Source: Desulfurella sp.
GTDB lineage: Bacteria; Campylobacterota_A; Desulfurellia; Desulfurellales; Desulfurellaceae
Length of the DNA stretch: 11,386 bases
Direction of reading: 5' to 3'
Assembly: GCA_031960885.1 (NCBI GenBank)
Contig: JAVRLY010000018.1
Location: forward strand, 1-11,386
Below the pieces are notes generated by a model, which saw only the letters and a program-made list of their open reading frames with translations, was not told the origin of the DNA and did not search any database. The stretch's first letter is position 1. The number at the start of each line of letters is the position of its first letter. The position numbers were made by a program, and so were the translations under genes. Positions 7,347 through 11,386 of this stretch are shown here, piece after piece.

Positions 7347-8156
7347 ATGGCGGAAATGGATTCTAGAGTGTTTGAAAATTTGCGAGATTTTATTTATGAA
7401 AAATCTGGTATTTTTTTTGAGTTTAATAAAAAATACTTGCTTGAAAATAAACTAAGTAAACGCATACAAGAGCTAAATTTGCGCGACTATGAAGATTACT
7501 TAAGATTTTTACAATATCACAAGGATGAACTGTATTATTTATTTGATGCAATAACAATAAATGAAACGTATTTTTTTAGACATGCTCAGCAAATAGAGGT
7601 GTTTAGTTCTATTATAGTTAGTGAGCTTTTAAAACAAAAACCAATAGTAAATGTATGGAGCGCAGCTTGTTCTAGCGCTGAAGAACCGTATAGCTTAGTT
7701 ATAGCATTAATGGAAAAATATGGATCAAACATACCAGCTAGAATATTGGCATCAGATATTAGCCAAGAAATTTTAGATAAAGCAAAAAATGGTATCTACA
7801 ATAACTATTCGCTCAAAGAACTGTCAAATGCCTTAAAAGAAAAATACTTTGAAATTGAAAAAGATATGTACAGAATAAAGGACTTTGTTAAAAATAAGGT
7901 AATTTTTAGACAGATAAATCTTATAGAAGATAAAGATTTAAACACTGTGGGTAAAATGGATGTAATATTTTTGAGAAATGTATTGATTTATTTTAATAAT
8001 GATTCTCGACAAAAAGTCATAGATAAGATTTACAATAATATTCTAAATAAAAACGGATATTTGTTTTTAGGTGCTACTGAATCAATTTCAAGACTCAATA
8101 CAAAATTCAAACTTGTGCATTTTAAACAAGCGCTTGCTTATAAAAAAGAAGATTAG
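7347..8156 (+). CDS. cheR: Chemotaxis protein-glutamate O-methyltransferase CheR
   Basis: IYEKSGI, KKYLLENKL..R, ITINETYFFR, VWSAACSSAEEPYSL, ILASDIS, A..GIY, DVIFLRNVLIYF and GYLFLGATES motifs. SD AAGGAG at 7332-7337. Confidence 0.93.
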   Translation: MAEMDSRVFENLRDFIYEKSGIFFEFNKKYLLENKLSKRIQELNLRDYEDYLRFLQYHKDELYYLFDAITINETYFFRHAQQIEVFSSIIVSELLKQKPIVNVWSAACSSAEEPYSLVIALMEKYGSNIPARILASDISQEILDKAKNGIYNNYSLKELSNALKEKYFEIEKDMYRIKDFVKNKVIFRQINLIEDKDLNTVGKMDVIFLRNVLIYFNNDSRQKVIDKIYNNILNKNGYLFLGATESISRLNTKFKLVHFKQALAYKKED

Positions 8157-8489
8157 GCAAGCAGGCTATAAGCCAGGTTCTGTAAGGAATTAGATTCCCT
8201 GAGGCCATTTATCTAAGCGACCTACCCGGAGATTATAGGCTCGAATCAGGCCAATCCCCCTATTTGGTCTTGCTCTAAGCGGGGCTTGCAATGCCACAAC
8301 CATTGCTGGTTGTGCGGTAAGCTTTTACCTCACCATTTCACTTTTTACTTAAAGTTTTCATTTAAGTAACTTCTTTTCTGTTGTGCTTTCCTGTGGATTA
8401 CTCCAACCCTTTTACGGGCGCTTTGATCCGATAGAGCCTGGACTTTCCTCTAGTATTAAAATACCAGCGGCCTCACGCCTACTTGCCTA
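8154..8489 (-). ncRNA. rnpB: RNase P RNA, bacterial type A (lacking P18)
   Basis: The - strand carries GAGGAAAGUCCAGGCUC (8450-8434) and ACAGAACCUGGCUUAU near the 3' end (P4, with a compensatory A-U pair). P1: UAGGCAAGUAGGC/GCCUGCUUGCCUA. P2: UGAGGCC/GGCCUCA. Also P3, P9 (GUAA loop), P12, P13, P14 (GCAA loop), L15 GGU, P16/P17 and P19 can all be folded by eye. Ends are accurate to a few nt. Confidence 0.97.
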
Positions 8490-8494
8490 TACTT

Positions 8495-8522
8495 AATATA
8501 ATATAGATGCGAAAATTGTCAA
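8495..8522 (-). promoter_or_regulatory. Sigma70-type promoter of rnpB
   Basis: TTGACA (8522-8517), a 16-bp spacer, then TATATT (8500-8495). This places the start at about 8488-8489, at the 5' end of P1. Confidence 0.8.
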
Positions 8523-9697
8523 TTGATTTTGTTTGAGTCTAAGTACTTCATTAATCCATCAGCAATACCTTTGGCAATTTGTTGCTGATAATTAGCATCT
8601 TTTAAATATTCATTGTCTTTTGGGTTTGTTATGAAAAGCGTTTCAATTAAAATAGAAGGACAATTTGTTCCAACAAGCACATAAAATGGTGCTTGGTCAA
8701 TACCTCTGTTTATTAAGCTTGGATATATTGGTTTTGTAAGTTGATACACAGAATCACTAACATCTTTAGCAAGAACTGCAGATTCTTTAAGTTTTGTTTG
8801 ATTTATTAAAGATATGATAATTTTATTTATTGTGCCCATTTGTTCTAGTGGAACATCATTTTCAAGAGCAGCAATTTTTAAAGCCTTTTGGTTGCTTGTA
8901 GCATTTAGAAAAAATACCTCCATGCCTTTTGCAGAAGGATCAAGTGAGGCATTAGCATGAATTGATACAAAAAGGTTCGCTTTTGCATCGTTAGCAATTT
9001 TGATTCTTTGGGCAAGAGGAATAAATACATCGCTATCGCGTGTTAATACAACTTTAAATCCTTTTTCTCTTAAAATGTCTGCGCAATACTTTGCAATGCT
9101 TAAAACCACATCCTTTTCTTTAAGGCCACCTACGCCTACAGCACCTGAATCTTTGCCGCCATGACCTGGGTCTAATACAATTGTAATATCTTTTGCATTA
9201 TACACAGGTAGTTTAATTGGACTTGTAATTATTGGTTGTTTTTCCTCTTTTGTAATTGTTTGGGTTATTTGCGTTGAATTTGATGTGGATTCTATGATGT
9301 TTTGTTTATATGGAGCTGTTTCTTGCGATAATGTTAGATTTATAATGAGTGTATTTTTATTTGGGCGAGATAAGCTTATCTTGTATTGATAATCTTTGTT
9401 TAGCTTAAAATATATGCGTGTTTGATTTGGAAGCTGCTTTAATAAAATATTTTCTACATTGTAGTTTGGCGTAAGTTTTGTTTCAACTTGAAAATTATCT
9501 GCTCCGATATAGAAAATGTCATTGGGAAGTCTGATATATGTGTAATTGTCTAAATTGTCAAATTGGAGTATTATTGTTTGTTGTGTTTGTGAAATTTTTA
9601 CAATATTAATAGCATTTAATGTAAGGCTAAATGCATTTGATAATGCTAATGATACAAATAAAACACATAAAGCTACAAAAAGAGTTGCTTTTTTCAT
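8519..9697 (-). CDS. N-acetylmuramoyl-L-alanine amidase (Amidase_3, AmiA/B/C-like) with signal peptide and N-terminal AMIN-like region
   Basis: Signal peptide MKKATLFVALCVLFVSLALSNAFS, a T/Q-rich linker, and Zn-amidase motifs LDPGHGGKDSGA, EKD, LTR.SD, SIHANA, AALEN (regulatory helix region), APFYVL and PSILIE..FITN. Confidence 0.93.
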   Translation of the reverse strand: MKKATLFVALCVLFVSLALSNAFSLTLNAINIVKISQTQQTIILQFDNLDNYTYIRLPNDIFYIGADNFQVETKLTPNYNVENILLKQLPNQTRIYFKLNKDYQYKISLSRPNKNTLIINLTLSQETAPYKQNIIESTSNSTQITQTITKEEKQPIITSPIKLPVYNAKDITIVLDPGHGGKDSGAVGVGGLKEKDVVLSIAKYCADILREKGFKVVLTRDSDVFIPLAQRIKIANDAKANLFVSIHANASLDPSAKGMEVFFLNATSNQKALKIAALENDVPLEQMGTINKIIISLINQTKLKESAVLAKDVSDSVYQLTKPIYPSLINRGIDQAPFYVLVGTNCPSILIETLFITNPKDNEYLKDANYQQQIAKGIADGLMKYLDSNKIN

Positions 9698-9705
9698 TAC
9701 TCATC

Positions 9706-9734
9706 ATTATACTAACAAACAGCTGCTATTGCAA
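9706..9734 (-). promoter_or_regulatory. Sigma70-type promoter of the amidase gene
   Basis: TTGCAA (9734-9729), a 17-bp spacer, then TATAAT (9711-9706). Only 8 nt separate the -10 box from the ATG at 9697. Confidence 0.72.
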
Positions 9735-9798
9735 GGAGTTTTGTGGAGCGTTTTTGATTGATTTTGTTTTTGTTGCGTTTTGAAAGCAATTGTAATAT

Positions 9799-10812
9799 AT
9801 GAGAAAGTTAAAGAAAATTTTAGTTGTTAATACAATTTTGCTTTTTATAGCTTTATTTTTTGTAGTATATGCCATAATGTCTTTTAAAGGTTTCATAAAC
9901 ACGCCAAATTCTACTATTAAAAAAAAGATTTACATGGTTATTGTTCCAAATCAATCCGTATTATCAATTTCTGAAGATTTACAAAAAAAAGGCATAATAA
10001 AAAGGTTTGATTGGTTTTATTACTATGTGCGTTTGTCTGGAAAATCCCAAGATATAAAATCTGGCGTTCATGTGTTTTACACCAATTACACTCCAAAACA
10101 GGTTCTCCAGGAGCTAATTGGTGAAAATAAGAATGATTTAATTTTTTCAATACCACCCGGCTTTGATATACAAAAAATTACTCATAGACTTGATAAATTA
10201 GGCTACAATGGCAAAATGTTTTTTGAACTTGCAAATTCGCGCGATTTTACTAAAGAACTAATTGGTTATGATGCACCCAATATGGAAGGTTTTTTGGGCG
10301 CAGGCGATTACTTTGTTGAAAAATCTGAAAATCCATCTGTTTTAATAAAACTAATGTTTGAACAGTTTAAAAAAGATAACGAAGATTTGATTGATTTTAA
10401 CCACATTGACAAAGATATTTATGATAAAATTATTATTGCATCACTTGTAGAAAAAGAAGCAAAAGTTAATACAGAAAGGCCTTTGATTGCAAGTGTAATC
10501 TATAATCGATTAAAAAAACATATGCTTTTGCAAATTGATTCTTCCGTCATATATGGTATAAAAAATTTTGATGGAAAGTTGACTATAAATGATTTAGAAA
10601 ACAAAAAAAATAGATATAACACTTACATATATAAAGGTTTGCCACCATCGCCTATTTGTAGCCCGAGTTTTGAATCGCTAAAAGCAGCGTTTTATCCTGC
10701 AAAAACAGATTATTTGTACTTTGTATCTAAAAATGACGGAAGCCATGTATTTTCTGAAACTTTGAGTCAACAAAATCATTGGGTTGATATTTATCAAAAG
10801 GGTCAAAAATGA
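9799..10812 (+). CDS. mltG: Endolytic peptidoglycan transglycosylase MltG (YceG family)
   Basis: N-terminal TM helix, then EGFL...DY, IIASLVEKEA (catalytic Glu), ERPLIASVIYNRL, LQIDSSVIY, YNTY..KGLPPSPICSP, YLYFVS and HVFS motifs. Confidence 0.95.
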   Translation: MRKLKKILVVNTILLFIALFFVVYAIMSFKGFINTPNSTIKKKIYMVIVPNQSVLSISEDLQKKGIIKRFDWFYYYVRLSGKSQDIKSGVHVFYTNYTPKQVLQELIGENKNDLIFSIPPGFDIQKITHRLDKLGYNGKMFFELANSRDFTKELIGYDAPNMEGFLGAGDYFVEKSENPSVLIKLMFEQFKKDNEDLIDFNHIDKDIYDKIIIASLVEKEAKVNTERPLIASVIYNRLKKHMLLQIDSSVIYGIKNFDGKLTINDLENKKNRYNTYIYKGLPPSPICSPSFESLKAAFYPAKTDYLYFVSKNDGSHVFSETLSQQNHWVDIYQKGQK

Positions 10813-11386
10813 AGTATTATATTAAGACATTTGGTTGTCAGATGAACGAGAGGGATTCAGAAAAAATAGAAGCGATTCTTCAAGAAAAAGGCTACCAGAA
10901 CTCTAATATACTTGAAGCTGATATTGTAATTGTAAATTCTTGCGCTGTACGTGAAAAGTCAGAAAGAAAAATATTTAGTGAAATAGGACGCATTAGGGAT
11001 TTAAACAAGAAAGCAAAATTTATTTCAATGGGTTGTGTGGCGCAGATTTTTCCAGAGAAACTTGCGAAAATTTCAGACATTGTAATTGGCACTACTTCTA
11101 TATATGAGTTTAAAGAGCAATTCAAAGATGAGCTGAAAGGCGTACTAATATCTGATTCCATCCAAAATCCCCACTATATATTTGGGCATTTACCAGCTCC
11201 AAAGGCTTATATAGATATAACCTATGGTTGCAATAATTTTTGTACTTATTGTGTAGTGCCTTACACTCGACTTAGAGAAGTTTCTCGCTCTTACAAATCA
11301 ATATTACAAGAAATTCACAATGTAGTTGAAATTGGTGCAAAAGAAGTTATATTATTAGGTCAGAATGTTAATTCGTATAATTATGA
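10809..11386 (+). CDS. miaB: tRNA-2-methylthio-N6-dimethylallyladenosine synthase MiaB (3'-truncated by the window edge; not in the ORF track)
   Basis: ATGA overlap with the mltG stop. Translation gives MKYYIKTFGCQMNERDSE...NSCAVREKSE...GCVAQ...GCNNFCTYCVVPYTR.RE.SR...LLGQNVNSY, i.e. the three MTTase N-terminal Cys plus the radical SAM CxxxCxxC. GCQMN and LLGQNVN favour MiaB over RimO or MtaB. Confidence 0.93.
   Translation, partial: MKYYIKTFGCQMNERDSEKIEAILQEKGYQNSNILEADIVIVNSCAVREKSERKIFSEIGRIRDLNKKAKFISMGCVAQIFPEKLAKISDIVIGTTSIYEFKEQFKDELKGVLISDSIQNPHYIFGHLPAPKAYIDITYGCNNFCTYCVVPYTRLREVSRSYKSILQEIHNVVEIGAKEVILLGQNVNSYNY

Noticed and set aside
8295..8370. Strong hairpins downstream of cheR as possible terminator or repeat element
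   Set aside because: They are P14, P13 and P12 of the RNase P RNA on the - strand, though an incidental terminating role on the + strand cannot be excluded.
9546..9761. 71-aa + strand ORF
   Set aside because: Antisense to the amidase 5' end and its promoter; TTG start, no SD and no motif.
9938..10156. 72-aa - strand ORF
   Set aside because: Antisense to mltG with no supporting signal.
10892..11161. 89-aa - strand ORF
   Set aside because: Antisense to miaB, which is the real gene here (10809 to the window end).

Overview
AT-rich bacterial chromosomal DNA made up of core housekeeping genes. I found no mobile element, CRISPR array or defence island. The + strand carries a tightly packed run of nine overlapping or abutting genes: a ClC-family Cl-/H+ transporter with CBS domains (start lies before the window), a PcrA/UvrD helicase, a SecB-like chaperone, a divergent TsaB, a DUF1015 (ParB/Srx-like) protein, QueD, a DUF1844-like protein, an HDOD protein and CheR. 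This run converges on an RNase P RNA gene (rnpB, - strand, ~8154-8489) that the ORF track cannot show. Next come an N-acetylmuramoyl-L-alanine amidase (- strand) and, divergently, mltG and the 5' part of miaB, which is also absent from the ORF track. The gene content and low GC would fit a Desulfurella-like or other deep-branching diderm, but that is only an impression. The best leads are: (i) a type A RNase P RNA that lacks helix P18 and has an 8-bp P6 pseudoknot, squeezed between two stop codons; (ii) a stand-alone SecB-like gene with no toxin-antitoxin partners; (iii) a ClC in which the central anion-binding Tyr appears replaced by Glu; (iv) a probable leaderless amidase mRNA; (v) DUF1015 and DUF1844 embedded among tRNA maturation genes. 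I cannot support a claim of a complete new multi-gene system from this sequence alone.
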